64,000 nt of DNA, from the NCBI GenBank assembly GCA_052327205.1, contig JBMRGM010000040.1, positions 41,416,001 to 41,480,000 of the forward strand. Reading direction: 5' to 3'. Below the pieces are notes generated by a model that saw only the letters and a program-made list of their open reading frames with translations, was not told where the DNA came from and searched no databases. Source of the DNA: Somniosus microcephalus (taxonomy: Eukaryota). Positions 13,154 through 24,919 of this stretch are shown one piece after another. The position numbers were made by a program, and so were the translations under genes. Position 1 is the stretch's first letter; each line of letters starts with the position of its first letter.

Positions 13154-14882
13154 TTTTTTTTAATTCATTGATGGGATGGGGGCGTCGCTGGCTAGGCCTG
13201 CATTTAGTGCCCATTTCAAACTGCCCTTGAGAAGATGGTGGTGAGCCGCCTTCTTGAACCGCTGCAGTCCATATGGTGTAGATACACCCACAATGCTGTT
13301 AGGAAGGGAGTTCCAGGATTTTGGCCCAGCGAGAGTGAAGGAACGGCGATACAGGTCCAAGTCAGGATGGTGTGTGGCTTGGAGGGGAACTTCTAGGTGG
13401 TGATGTTCCCAATGGTCTGCTGCCCTTGTTCTTCTAAGTGGTAGAGGTCGCGGGTTTGGAAGGTGCTGTTGAAGGAGCTTTGGCGAGTTGCTGCAGTGCA
13501 TCTTGTAGATGGTACACACTGCAGCCACAGTGCGCCGATGGTGGAGGAAGTGAATGTTGATGGTGGTGGATGGAGTGCCAATCAAGCGGGCTGCTTTATC
13601 CTGAATGGTGTCGAGCTTCTTGAGTGTTGTTGAAGCTGCACTCAACCAGGCAAGTGGAGAGCATTCCATCACACTCCTGACTTGTGCCTTGTAGTTGGTG
13701 GAAAGGTTTTGGGAAGTCAGGAGGTGAGACACACACCGCAGAATTCCCAGCCTCTGGTCTGCTCTTGTAGCCACAGTATTTATATGGCTGGTCCAGTTCA
13801 GTTTCTGATCAATGGTAACCACAGGGTGTTGATAGTGGGGGATTCAGCGATGGTAATGCCATTGAATGTCAAGGGGAGATGGTTAGAGTCTCGCTTGTTG
13901 GAGATGGACATTGCTTGGCACTTGTCTGGTGCGAATGTTACTTGCCACTTGTCAGCCCAAGTCTGAATGTTGTCCAGGTCTTGCTGCATATGGACACGGA
14001 CTGCGTCAGTATCTGACGAGTCTCGAATGGTGCTGAACAGTGTGCAATCATCAGCGAACATTCACACTTCTGACCTTATGATGGAGGGAAGGTCATTGAT
14101 GAAACAGCTGAAGATGGTTGGGCCTAGGACACTGCCATGAGGAACTCCTGCAGTGATGTCATGTGATTGAGGTGAATTACATCCAACAACCACAGCCAAC
14201 TTCCTTTGTGCTAGTTATGATTCGAACCAATGGAGAGTTTTCCCCTTGATTCCCATTGACTTCAGTTTTGCCATGGCTCCTTGATGCCACACTCGTTCAA
14301 ATGCTGCCTTGATGTCAAGGGCAGTCACTCTCACCTCACCTCTTGAGTTCAGCTCTTTTGTCCATGTTTGGGCGTCAGTTAGCAGGTTATTGCTGAGTAA
14401 GTGCCGCTTGATAGCACTATCGACGACACCTTCCATCACTTTGCTGATGATTGAGAGTAGACTGATGGGACGGTAATTGGCCGGGTCGGATTTGTCCTGA
14501 TTTTTGTAGACAGGACATCTTGGGCAATTTTCCACATTGCCGGGTAGATGCCAGTGTTGCAGCTGTACTGGAACAGCTTGGCTAGGAGTGCAGCAAGTTC
14601 TGGAGCACAAGTCTTCTGTTCTATTGCCGGAATGTTATCAGGGCCCATAGCCTTTGCAGTATCCAGTGTCTCCAGCCGTTTCTTGACATCACGTCGAGTG
14701 AATTGAATGGGCTGAGTACTGGCATCTGTGATGCTGGGGACCTCATGAGGAGGCCGAGATGGATCATCCACTCGGCACTTCTGGCTGAAGATAGTTGCAA
14801 ATGCTTCAGCCTTGTCTTTTGCACTCACGTGCTGGGCTCCACCATCATTGAGGATGGGGGTATTTTTGGAGCCTCCTCCTCC
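13154..14882 (-). mobile_element. 5'-truncated non-LTR retrotransposon (CR1/L2 supergroup, distinct family with an A-rich tail)
   Basis: ANYRPISLLS, ALDIKAAF, MFADDCT and YKAQVRSVME motifs in broken ORFs; tail ATGAATTAAAAAAAA. Absent from the paralogous site near 3965. Confidence 0.9.
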
Positions 14883-16889
14883 TGTTGAAGGAGCTTTCGA
14901 AATTAATCCTATAGTCGGCCTTTACCCCATTACCTTGAAAATTAGTAATCTTCATTGTATAACCTCAATCTTCTTATTCCTAATTCTAACCAAATGGATA
15001 GACGTTTTGCACCAATCATATTGATGCACCAATGCAGTCGTCCTTTAATGGAGTCTTTGATTAAAAGTGCCTTTCTACTTAATTTTATCACAGTTGAATA
15101 TTTTGTAACCAGCTATATTTCTCTCCTAGTCTGGAAAAGTAGAAGCCATGTCTAATTCTAAGCCTTTTGATAGAACTGCTCCCCAGTGCAATTTGAGAGG
15201 TTTAACTCCAGAAATGATAGGTTGGAAGTATAAGCAAAGAATAAACAGGCTGAGGTTCATTTCCACTGAAAAGAGAGCGCTATTGTGTGGCCTAATAAAG
15301 GTCATGGATATTATGAAGGTGTTAAATAGGGTAGACCTTAATAAAAAGTATCTACTTGTGGTGGACTCCAAAACTGGGTTCATAAATATAAGATAGTTAC
15401 TAATAAATCCAGTAAATATTTCAGAGAAAACTAGTTTATCCACAGAATGGTTAAAATTCGGAACTCGTTATCCCACAGAATATTTGTGGCGAATAGCATT
15501 GATACATTCAAGAAACAGAGAGATAACCACATCAGGGAGAAAGGAATGGAAGGATGTGGTAATAGGGTTAGGGGGAGTACAGTGGGAGGAGGCTCCTTTG
15601 GAGCAGGAACACCGCCATGGACAGGCTGGGCCCAATGTTCTGTTTCTGTGCTGTCAATTCCAGGTTATTCTTTATCATTTTATGTTTTAAGCCAGGTCTG
15701 TTTGCAGCACCGAAAGGAAAATCTGGCAGTGATTACCGCGACCGTTAAAGAAACCTCGGATTTCCCTGCAGGCTCGATTTCAACCTAACGCTCTGGCTGG
15801 GATGGGGCCACTTTTGATTGTACGACCGTCTATTTTACACCCGTCGATTTTATGTGCCAGTGAATGCTGTGCAGTTAGATGAAAATCAGTGTTTAACTCA
15901 AACTGAAGTATAATTTGGCGGAGTCTAACAGCCAATTCTCATCTGATTTTGCCCGCTTTGCGCAACCAGCCCAGACAAATTTCACTCCCATAGATCGTAG
16001 GAAGCAGGATCCAAACCCGACCGTTCAAACCCTTCAGCCTGTTCCACCATTAAATGGTACAACTCCACTTCATCTTCCCGCCTTTGATCCAGATCTTTGA
16101 TACTCTTAACTAACAGAAATCGACCAATCTCAGCCTGGAAATGATAAATTGGCCCAGCATCTGCAGCACTATGAGGAGCGGGATCCAGGTTCCTACTAGC
16201 ATTTGTGTGAAAAACTGCCTCATAATATCAATCCGACACGGCCGAGCAATAATTTTATGACCATATCTTCTTGTTCGGGATTCCCCCCCGTGGGAAATAC
16301 TTCCCATGTATCGATCCTGTCCAATCCTGAAACATTTTAAATCCCTCAATCAGATCACCAATCATCTTTCTCATTCCCGAAGGAATGCAAAGTTTATCCG
16401 CCATGTCCTTATAATGTAACCATTGTTGCGCTAGTAATATTCTGGCGAGTCTGCGTTACACCCACTCCAATGCCAATATATAATTTCCGATGTTCAGTGC
16501 CCAAACTTGAAGACAATAATCCAGATGGAGTCTGACCAAGGCTGGTTGCAATGTTTCACGGTATGCTCCATAATAAATCCTCCATTTCATTACTGATCGC
16601 ATTCCCTTTTTTTATGAGAACTTCTAATAATTCGTCAGTGGTTTATTGATTTTTATGTCACATTTAACCATTTATTTTAACCACTCCATTAATTGCTGGA
16701 TGTTATTTTACTCCCGCTGCAATACAAATCATTATTGAACTGGTGTTTATATTAAAATTTCCTCCTGAACTCCCCCCCATTCCACTTTGGCAAACACAAT
16801 TGTGACTGAAATTGCAATCGGAGGCCTCCCGCAGACGGAAGGTTGCGACAAGCAAACAAGCTTTGCATTTACCTGCAGGCTCTCTGCAC

Positions 16890-18290
16890 AGGGAGCAGCG
16901 TGGTGAGGAGCCCGGTATAAAAACCGGAGGCAGCAACGAGGCCAGAGCACTCGGAGCAGGGAGCAGCGTGGTGAGACCGGTATAAAAACCGGAGGCACAA
17001 GCGAGGCCAGAGCACTCGGAGCAGGGAGCAGCGTGGTGTGACCGGTATAAAAACCGGAGGCAGCAACGAGGCCAGAGCACTCGGAGCAGGGAGCAGCATG
17101 GTGTGACCGGTATAAAAACCGGAGGCACCAGCGAGGCCAGAGCACTCGGAGCAGGGAGCAGCGTGGTGAGACCGGTATAAAAAACGGAGGCACCAGCGAG
17201 GCCAGAGCACTCGGAGCAGGGAGCAGCGTGGTGAGACCGGTATAAAAACCGGAGGCAGCAGCGAGGCCAGAGCACTCGGAGCAGGGAGCAGCGTGGTGAG
17301 ACCGGTATAAAAACCAGAGGCACCAGCGAGGCCAGAGCACTCGGAGCAGTGAGCAGCGTGGTGAGCCCGGTATAAAAACCAGAGGCACCAGCGAGGCCAG
17401 AGCACTCGGAGCAGGGAGCAGCGTGGTGTGACCGGTATAAAAACCGGAGGCAGCAACGAGGCCAGAGCACTCGGAGCAGGGAGCAGCGTGGTGAGACCGG
17501 TATAAAAACCGAAGGCTGCAACGAGGCCAGAGCAGTCGGAGCAGGGAGCAGCTTGGTGAGACCGGTATAAAAACCAGAGGCACCAGCGAGGCGAGAGCAT
17601 TCGGAGCAGGGAGCAGCGTGGTGTGACCGGTATAAAAACCGGAGGCACCAGCGAGGCCAGAGCATCCGGAGCAGGGAGCAGCGTGGTGAGACCGGTATAA
17701 AAACCGGAGCCAGCAACGAGGCCAGAGCACTCGGAGCACGGAGCAGCGTGGTGAGACCGGTATAAAAACCGGAGGCACCAGCAAGGCCAGAGCACTCGGA
17801 GCAGGCAGCAGCGTGGTGAGACCGGTATAAAAACCAAAGGCACCAGCGAGGCCAGAGCACTCGGAGCAGGGAGCAGCGTGGTGAGACCGGTATAAAAACC
17901 AGACGCACCAGCGAGGCCAGAGCACTCAGAGCAGGGAGCAGCGTGGTGTGACCGGTATAAAAACCGGAGGCAGCAACGAGGCCAGAGCACTCGGAGCAGG
18001 GAGCAGCGTGGTGAGACCGGTATAAAAACCGGAGGCAGCAACGAGGCCAGAGCACTCGGAGCAGGGAGCAGCGTGGTGAGACCGGTATAAAAACCAGAGG
18101 CACCAGCGAGGCAAGAGCACTCGGAGCAGGGAGCAGCGTGGTGAGACCGGTATAAAAACCGGAGGCACCAGCGAGGCCAGAGCACTCGGAGCAGGGAACA
18201 GCGTGGTGAGACCGGTATAAAAACCGGAGGCACCAGCGAAGCCAGAGCACTCGGAGCAGGGAGCAGCGTGGTGAGACCGGTATAAAAAAG
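16890..18290 (+). repeat. Tandem array of 65-bp monomers, 22 TATA-containing units
   Basis: Consensus GCAGGGAGCAGCGTGGTGAGACCGGTATAAAAACCGGAGGCACCAGCGAGGCCAGAGCACTCGGA. TATAAAAA occurs at 16916 + 65n up to 18281. Confidence 0.98.
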
Positions 18291-18549
18291 AGGCACACCA
18301 ACTCAGCAGCGGGGAGAGAGGTAAAATGTAATCAGAGTGTGACGTCACCAGGAAGCAGGTAAGCGATTGGTTGGTGAGTATTTCTCTTATTTAAACTTAA
18401 ACTCTGTAGTTTTTAGTTACTAGGGTCTTTTCTGGTGTAGCAAGGACTGTTGGTAGACTATACACGCGCCTTAGAGATATCTTTAATTGGGGATAGTAAA
18501 TTAATTTAAATTAAGTAAAGGGAAGGTCCTGCCAGGTGAGCACAGACCC

Positions 18550-19479
18550 GTGATATGCTCCTCTTGCTCTATATTGGAATTCAGGGACACTGCCGGTGCC
18601 CCTGATGATCACGTGTGCCAGAGATGCATCCATCTGCAGCTACAAGCAGACCGCATTGAGGCGCTGGAGCTGCGGGTGGATGGATTATTGAACATTCACG
18701 ATGCTGAGAGGTTCGTAGATAACACGTTTAGTGAGTTGGTCACACCGCAGGGTAGGGCTGCACAGGAAGATAGGAAATGGGTGACCACCAGGCGGAGCAA
18801 TAGAAGCAGGCAGGTAGTGCAGGAGACCACTGTGACCATTCCCCTCTCAAACAGGTATACCGATTTGGATACTGTTGAGGGGGATGACTTACCAGGGGAA
18901 GGCAGCAGCAGCCAACTTCCTGGCACTGGGGGTGCTCCTGCTGCCCAGGAAGGGGGGAAAAAAGTTGGGAGAGAAATAGTGGTAGGGCATTCTATAGTAA
19001 GGGGAACAGATAGGCGTTTCTGTGGATGTAGACGTGAATCCAGGATGGTTTGTTGCCTCCCTGGTGCCTGGGTCAAGGATATCACTGAGCGGCTGCAGGG
19101 CATTCTGGAGGGGGAGGGTGAACAGCCAGAGGTCGTGGTCCACATTGGTACCAACGACATAGGTAAAAAGAGGGATGAGGTCCTGCAGCAAGAATTTAGG
19201 GAGCTAGGTGAAGGATTAAAGAGCAGGACCTCAAAGATTGTAATCTCTGGATTACTCCTGGTGCCACGTGCTAGTGAGTATAGGAATGGGAAGATAGAAC
19301 AGATGAATGCGTGGCTAAAGGGATGGTGCAGGGGGGAGGGCTTTAGTTTCCTGGATCACTGGGTCTGCTTCTGGGAAAGGTGGGACTTGTACAAGTCGGA
19401 CGGTTTACACCTGAACCAGAGGGGAACCAATATCCTTGCGGGGAGGTTTGCTAGCACTGCTGGGGGGTGTTTAAAGTAA
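18550..19479 (+). CDS. CR1 ORF1p: zinc finger/leucine zipper plus SGNH esterase domain
   Basis: CSSC...HVCQRC followed by a heptad region; esterase blocks VVGHS (GDS variant), CLPGA, HIGTND and DGLH. The frame is open but no ATG is seen at the expected start. Confidence 0.88.
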   Translation: MICSSCSILEFRDTAGAPDDHVCQRCIHLQLQADRIEALELRVDGLLNIHDAERFVDNTFSELVTPQGRAAQEDRKWVTTRRSNRSRQVVQETTVTIPLSNRYTDLDTVEGDDLPGEGSSSQLPGTGGAPAAQEGGKKVGREIVVGHSIVRGTDRRFCGCRRESRMVCCLPGAWVKDITERLQGILEGEGEQPEVVVHIGTNDIGKKRDEVLQQEFRELGEGLKSRTSKIVISGLLLVPRASEYRNGKIEQMNAWLKGWCRGEGFSFLDHWVCFWERWDLYKSDGLHLNQRGTNILAGRFASTAGGCLK

Positions 19480-22399
19480 CTTGGCAGGGGGATGGGCTAC
19501 AGAGTGGAGCTATAGCAGGGGGTGATTTACAGCCAAATACAGAGGAAAAAACAAGGCAGAGCAAATATGTGAAGGTAAAAGGGAACATGGCAGGGCTGGA
19601 AGGCATTTATTTTAATGCAAGGAGTCTTGCAAATAAGGTGGATGAACTGAAGTTGTTGTTGAACACATGGGAGTACGATATTGTTGCTATCACGGAGACA
19701 TGGTTGAGGGAGGGTCAGGACTGGCAGCTCAATATTCCGAGGTATAGAATCTTCAGGCGAGACAGAGGGGGGTGTAAAAGGGGAGGGGGTGTTGCAATAT
19801 TAATTAAGGAATCAATTACTGCTGTAAGGAGGGATGATATATTAGCGGCTTCCTCAAAAGATGCCATATGGGTAGAAATTAAAAACAAAAAGGGGGCAAG
19901 CACTTTGCTGGGAGTGTACTATAGGCCCCCAAACAGTCAGGGGGAGATAGAGGAACAGATATGTAGGCAAATCTCAGAAAAGTGCGAAAATCATAGGTTA
20001 ATAATAGTGGGGGATTTCAACTTCCCCAATATTAATTGGGATAGTCAGAGTGTGAAAGGTTTGAGGGTGCAGAATTCTTAAAGTGCATCCAGGAGAGCTT
20101 TTTGAGCCAACATGTAGAAAGTCCTACAAGAGAGTGGGCGAAACTGGACCTAATTCTGGGGAATGTAGCCGGGCAAGTGGTGGAAGTGTCAGTAGGAGAG
20201 CATTTTGGCGACAGTGACCATAAATCGGTGAGATTTAAGGTGGTCATGGAAAAAGACAAAGACGGCCCGGAAATAAGGGTTCTAATTTGGGGGAAGGCCG
20301 ATTTTATGATGATAAGGCAGGATCTGGCCAAAGTGGACTGGGAGCAGCTACTTATAGGAAAATCCACATCAATACAGTGGGAGACTTTCAGAAGGGAAAT
20401 AGCGAGAGTGCAATGCCAACATGTTCCTGTAAAGGTCAAGGGGGGGACCAACAAGCAAAGGGAACCTTGGATGACAAGGGATATACAAAAATGCATTAGA
20501 AATAAAAGGGGGGCTTTTGGCAGTTACAAAAGACTAAAGACGGAAGAAGCCCTAGAGGAGTATACAAAGTGCAGGGGCATACTTAAAAAATATATTAGGA
20601 GGGAGAGGAGGGGCCATGAAATAACACTGGCGAGCAAAATAAAGGAAAATCCTAAGATGTTTTATAAGTATATTAAGGGCAAGAGGATAACCAGGGAAAG
20701 GGTAGGGCCCATTAGGGACCAAAGTGGCAATCTGTGTGTAGAGCCAGATGATGTAGGCGGGGCTTTAAATGAATTTTTTGCATCTGTGTTCACTATGGAG
20801 AGAGACGACGCAGACATCGAAATCGGGCAAGGGGACTGTGACATACTTGAACATATTAGCATCGAGAGGGCGGAGGTGCTAGCAGTTTTAGCAGGCCAAA
20901 AAGTGGATAAATCCCCAGGCCCGGACAAGATGTATCCCAGGCTGCTGTTGGAGGCAAAGGAAGAGATTGCAGGGGCTCTGACACAAATTTTCAGAACCTC
21001 TCTGGCCACAGGGGATGTACCAGAGGACTGGAGAACAGCTAATGTAGTACCATTATTCAAGAAGGGTAGCGGGGATAAACCAGGGAATTACAGGCCAGTG
21101 AGCCTAACATCTGTGGTAGGGAAATTATTGGAAAAAATTCTGAGGGACAAAGTTAGTCTCCACTTGGAGAAGCAAGGATTAATCGGGGATAGTCAGCATG
21201 GCTTTGTCAAGGGTAAATCATGTCTGACAAATCTGATTGAATTTTTCGAGGGAGTGACTAGGGGGGTGGATGAGGGAAATGCTGTGGATGTGGTTTACAT
21301 GGACTTCAATAAAGCTTTTGACAAAGTCCCGCATAGGAGACTTGTCAAGAACGTAAGAGCCCATGGGATCCAGGGTGCCTATGCGCATTGGATCCTAAAC
21401 TGGCTGAGTGGCAGGAGGCAGAGGGTGATGGTCGAAGGTTGCTTTTGTGAATGGAAGCCTGTGTCCAGTGGGGTACCTCAGGGATCGGTGCTGGGTCCCT
21501 TGTTGTTTGTGATCAACATAAATGATTTGGCTGAAAATGTAAAAGGTATGATCAGTAAGTTCGCAGATGACACGAAAATTGATGGGGTGGTGAATTGCGA
21601 GGAGGAAAGCCTCAGGCTACAGGATGATATAAACGGGTTCATCAGATGGGTGGAAAAGTGGCAAATGGAATTTAACCCTGAAAAGTGCGAGGTGATACAT
21701 TTTGGACAGACAAATAAGGCAAGGGAATACACAATGAGTGGTAGGACCCTAGGAAGTACAGAGGGTCAGAGGGACCTTGGTGTACATGTACATAGATCCC
21801 TGAAGGCAGCGGAACAGGTAGATAAGGTGGTTAAAAAGGCATATGGGATACTTGCCTTCATTAGCCGAGGCACAGAATATAAGAGCAGGGAGGTTATGAT
21901 GGAACTGTACAAAACGCTGCTGAGGCCACAGCTGGAGTAATGTGTGCAGTTCTGGTCGCCTCACTATAGGAAGGATGTGATTGCCTTGGAGAGGGTGCAG
22001 AGAAGATTCACCAGGATGTTACCTGGGATGGAGCGCCTCAGCTATGAAGAAAGAATAAACAGGCTGGGGTTGTTTTCCTTGGAGCAAAGAAGGCTGAGGG
22101 GGGACCTGATTGATGTGTACAAAATGATGAGGGGCATAAATAGGATAGATAAAGAGGAACATTTCCCCTTAGTAGGGGGGTCAATAACAAGGGGGCATAG
22201 ATTCATGGTAAGGGGCAGGAGATTTAGAGGGGATTTGAGGAGGAACTTTTTCACCCAGAGGGTGGTTGGAATCTGGAACTCACTCCCTGAAAGGGTGGTA
22301 GAGGCAGGAACCCTCACAACATTCAAGAAGCATTTGGAAGAGCACTTGAAGTGCCATTGCATACAAGGCTATGGACCAAATGCTGGAAAATGGGATTAG
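19467..22399 (+). pseudogene. CR1 ORF2 (APE endonuclease and RT) with two lesions
   Basis: NARSL, ITETWL, YYRPP, GDFN, SDH, GVPQGSVLGP and KFADDTK motifs. One frameshift near 20060 and one TAA at 21938-21940. Confidence 0.95.
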
Positions 22400-22869
22400 A
22401 CTGGACAGGCATGGATGGGCGGCGCAGACACGATGGGCCGAAGGGCCTCCTTCTGTGCTGTAAAACTCTATGACTCTATGACACGGAGATGTGTGCTTTC
22501 ACCCTGAAGATTCCTGGGCAGCGTATGACGTCACGCCGCCCAGGCTCTCAGTATGCGGGAAGCCTCGGACTATGATCCCAGGGTGACCCGCCCACAAGAT
22601 CAGTCAAAATTTATATTTGCATAGGCCACGCCCTCGATTTTTCTCACCACTCCAGAGTCTTCACCATTGAAAGAAACCGTTAATCATAATGATAAGTTCT
22701 TTCCTTAAAGTTTTAATAATACTTCTGTATATTATTAGAAATGTTAAAAGACTTTACATGGTCTTGAAGAATTATACATAGGTCTAAAGACGTCTAAAGT
22801 GTTTAAAACATTTTAAAGAGATTTAAAAGCTTTGAAATCATTTTCCTTAATTTGAATTAAACTCCAAAG

Positions 22870-24919
22870 TGAAATGGAAGCAGCGAGCACATTTGTGATG
22901 ATGAAGCAAGCTCAGAATTTCACTTACGATGACATCAATACACTCCTCAATTAGGTTGAGCAGAAATGCTTGCGGGTCACTTGGACAGAAGTTGCCCAGG
23001 CTGTAAGCGCAAACTCCCCCATTCCATGGAGAGCGGAACAATGCTACAAAAAAATGAATGATTTGATGCGATCGGACAAGGATTGGACAGTTATTAGAAA
23101 TGTCAACTGTAAAATATGTTAAAATTTAATGTTTCTCTTTTATAAAACGTTAAGTTGCATAGCTGTTGTAAAGTGACTTCATTATCCAGGCATCTGACCT
23201 AGTCCTAAAATGTAATCGATTTGGAGTAGTTTTGGGAGATTGATGGTGCTTCTAAATATATTATCACCCCTCCACAGATTTGAGATGTGAAATTTCAATT
23301 AGAGAACAATACCTTGTCTGCAAAGCAGCAACTAATCATTTTTCCAAAGCAGTTGGTTGGGGTCTCTGCATTTCTGATGACAATTTACAGTAAAATGGTA
23401 CATATCGCCAGAGAGCATGCCCTGACAGGTGTTGGTGTTGTCACTCTGACGAAGTTATTGGAACAAGAGGAAAGGGTCACGCACTTGCTTGGAATCAGTC
23501 GTGGATGTTCAGTGCCTGGTGCCCAATCAGACATTGGGGTAAGGAATGGTGAGTTGGTCTGCCTATCTGTATGTTTATAACTGGAAGGTGTGCGTTGAAT
23601 ATTAGCTTCGGTGATGGGGCAGATTATGCGTCACCTTTGTAAATCACAGAAATCACAGAAACCCCACAGTGCAGATAGAGGCCATTTCGGCCCATCCAGC
23701 CTGCACCGACACATGTCCCACCCGATCCCCGTAACCCCTACACCAACACATATCCCACCCTATCCCCGTAACCCCACGTATTTAATCCCTCTAACACTAA
23801 GGGTCAATTTATCATAGCCAATCAACCTAACCCGCACATCTTTGGACTGTGGGAGGAAACCGGAGCACCCAGAGAAAACCCACGCAAACACGGGGAGAAT
23901 GTGCAAACTCCACACAGACAGTCGCCCGAGGCCGGATTCGAACCCGGGTCCCTGGTGCTGTGAGGCAACAGTGCTAACCACTATGCCACCGTAAATGTTT
24001 GCTGTTTCCTTCCCACAGGTGGACAGCTGTGTCTCACACACGGGGTGAACAGTGTTTTGAGTCACCGGCTGCAGAGTGCATTGGGGAAGGGGTTACAGAT
24101 GCAGAGCGAGCTGTAAGTGGGGTGGACGAGGAGGAATTTATGGAGTGTAGCTCGTGGAAGTTGAGAGTATGGTCCCTGGTTGAGCTCCACACCATCTCTC
24201 CATCTCCTGGACCCTCTGGCTCTGTGCCAGGCATCATTTACTGTCGTTCCACAGCCAGACAGCAACCTGATACTGCAGAGCATGTGGGAGAAGCAGGAAG
24301 ACGCGTAACGCAACAAAATGCTACAGAAACACATGTGCAACAGGTTGAACAGTTGAGGCAAGATATGGTTACTCTTCATGCAAAGAAACTTGGGTCTCTT
24401 GCCTCTAACAGGGGGAATTGATGATCTTGGGAGCAGTACATTGCAATTAGTTGGAGACCGGTCCACAGAACTCAATCAGTTCTGCACAACTGCACAGGAA
24501 ATTGTTAATGAGCTTTTCTGATGTGTTTGGCCAAGTTCAATCTGGTGCTTGAGCAGGTTCACGGGTCTCTCGTTCAACTATTGCAGTTAAAGACAGCAGG
24601 TTCGACTGTCGTTCATTTGACCCCCACAGAACCCCGATTGCCTGCTACCAGCGAAGACACAGAGCAGGTCCACGAAAAAGCAGCTCCGCCAATTATGTTT
24701 GAAGTAAATGTTGCCTTTCAGCAGCAGCAGCCGAAACCCTGGCACGAGCCATTTGCTGAAGGGCAAGAGATGTCACACAGGGATCTTTCCCTTAGTATGA
24801 GATGCACAGGTCACGGGGAAGGGCAAATCACAGGAGGCAGTATAGGGCCACTTTTACACATTCCACCTCCTTCGACCATCAGGCACAGATGTGCGGGGGC
24901 ATATCTGTCAATTCTGTAA
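22870..24919 (+). pseudogene. Harbinger Myb/SANT-like gene remnant (copy B)
   Basis: KQAQNFTYDDINTLL...TWTEVAQAVSANSP..WRAEQCYKKMNDL; downstream coiled-coil-like ORFs are shared with copy A. Confidence 0.72.
23645..23990 (-). mobile_element. tRNA-derived V-SINE (HE1-like)
   Basis: A box TGGCATAGTGG, B box GGTTCGAATCC, V-domain core TGTGTGGAGTTTGCACATTCTCCCCGTG...CTCCGGTTTCCTCCCAC, CR1-type tail, and 6-bp TSD GTAAAT (23639-23644 and 23991-23996). Confidence 0.93.

Larger units (their letters stand above)
16890..22480 (+). mobile_element. Near full-length young CR1 LINE with tandem-monomer 5' end
   Basis: 65-bp array, 5' UTR, ORF1, ORF2 and (ACTCTATG)2 tail. The flanks rejoin to match the uninterrupted paralog near 2275; possible short ACA duplication. 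Confidence 0.95.

Noticed and set aside
16890-18290. CRISPR-like array
   Set aside because: Units are head-to-tail copies with no unique spacers, there are no cas genes, and the context is eukaryotic.
16703-18348. Long Cys/Pro-rich ORFs (532, 475 and 392 aa) on the minus strand
   Set aside because: Artefacts of a 65-bp repeat with no minus-strand stops; all three frames give the same 65-aa cycle.
23920-23990. tRNA gene
   Set aside because: The A and B boxes belong to the SINE head, which continues into a V-domain and tail and is bounded by a TSD.
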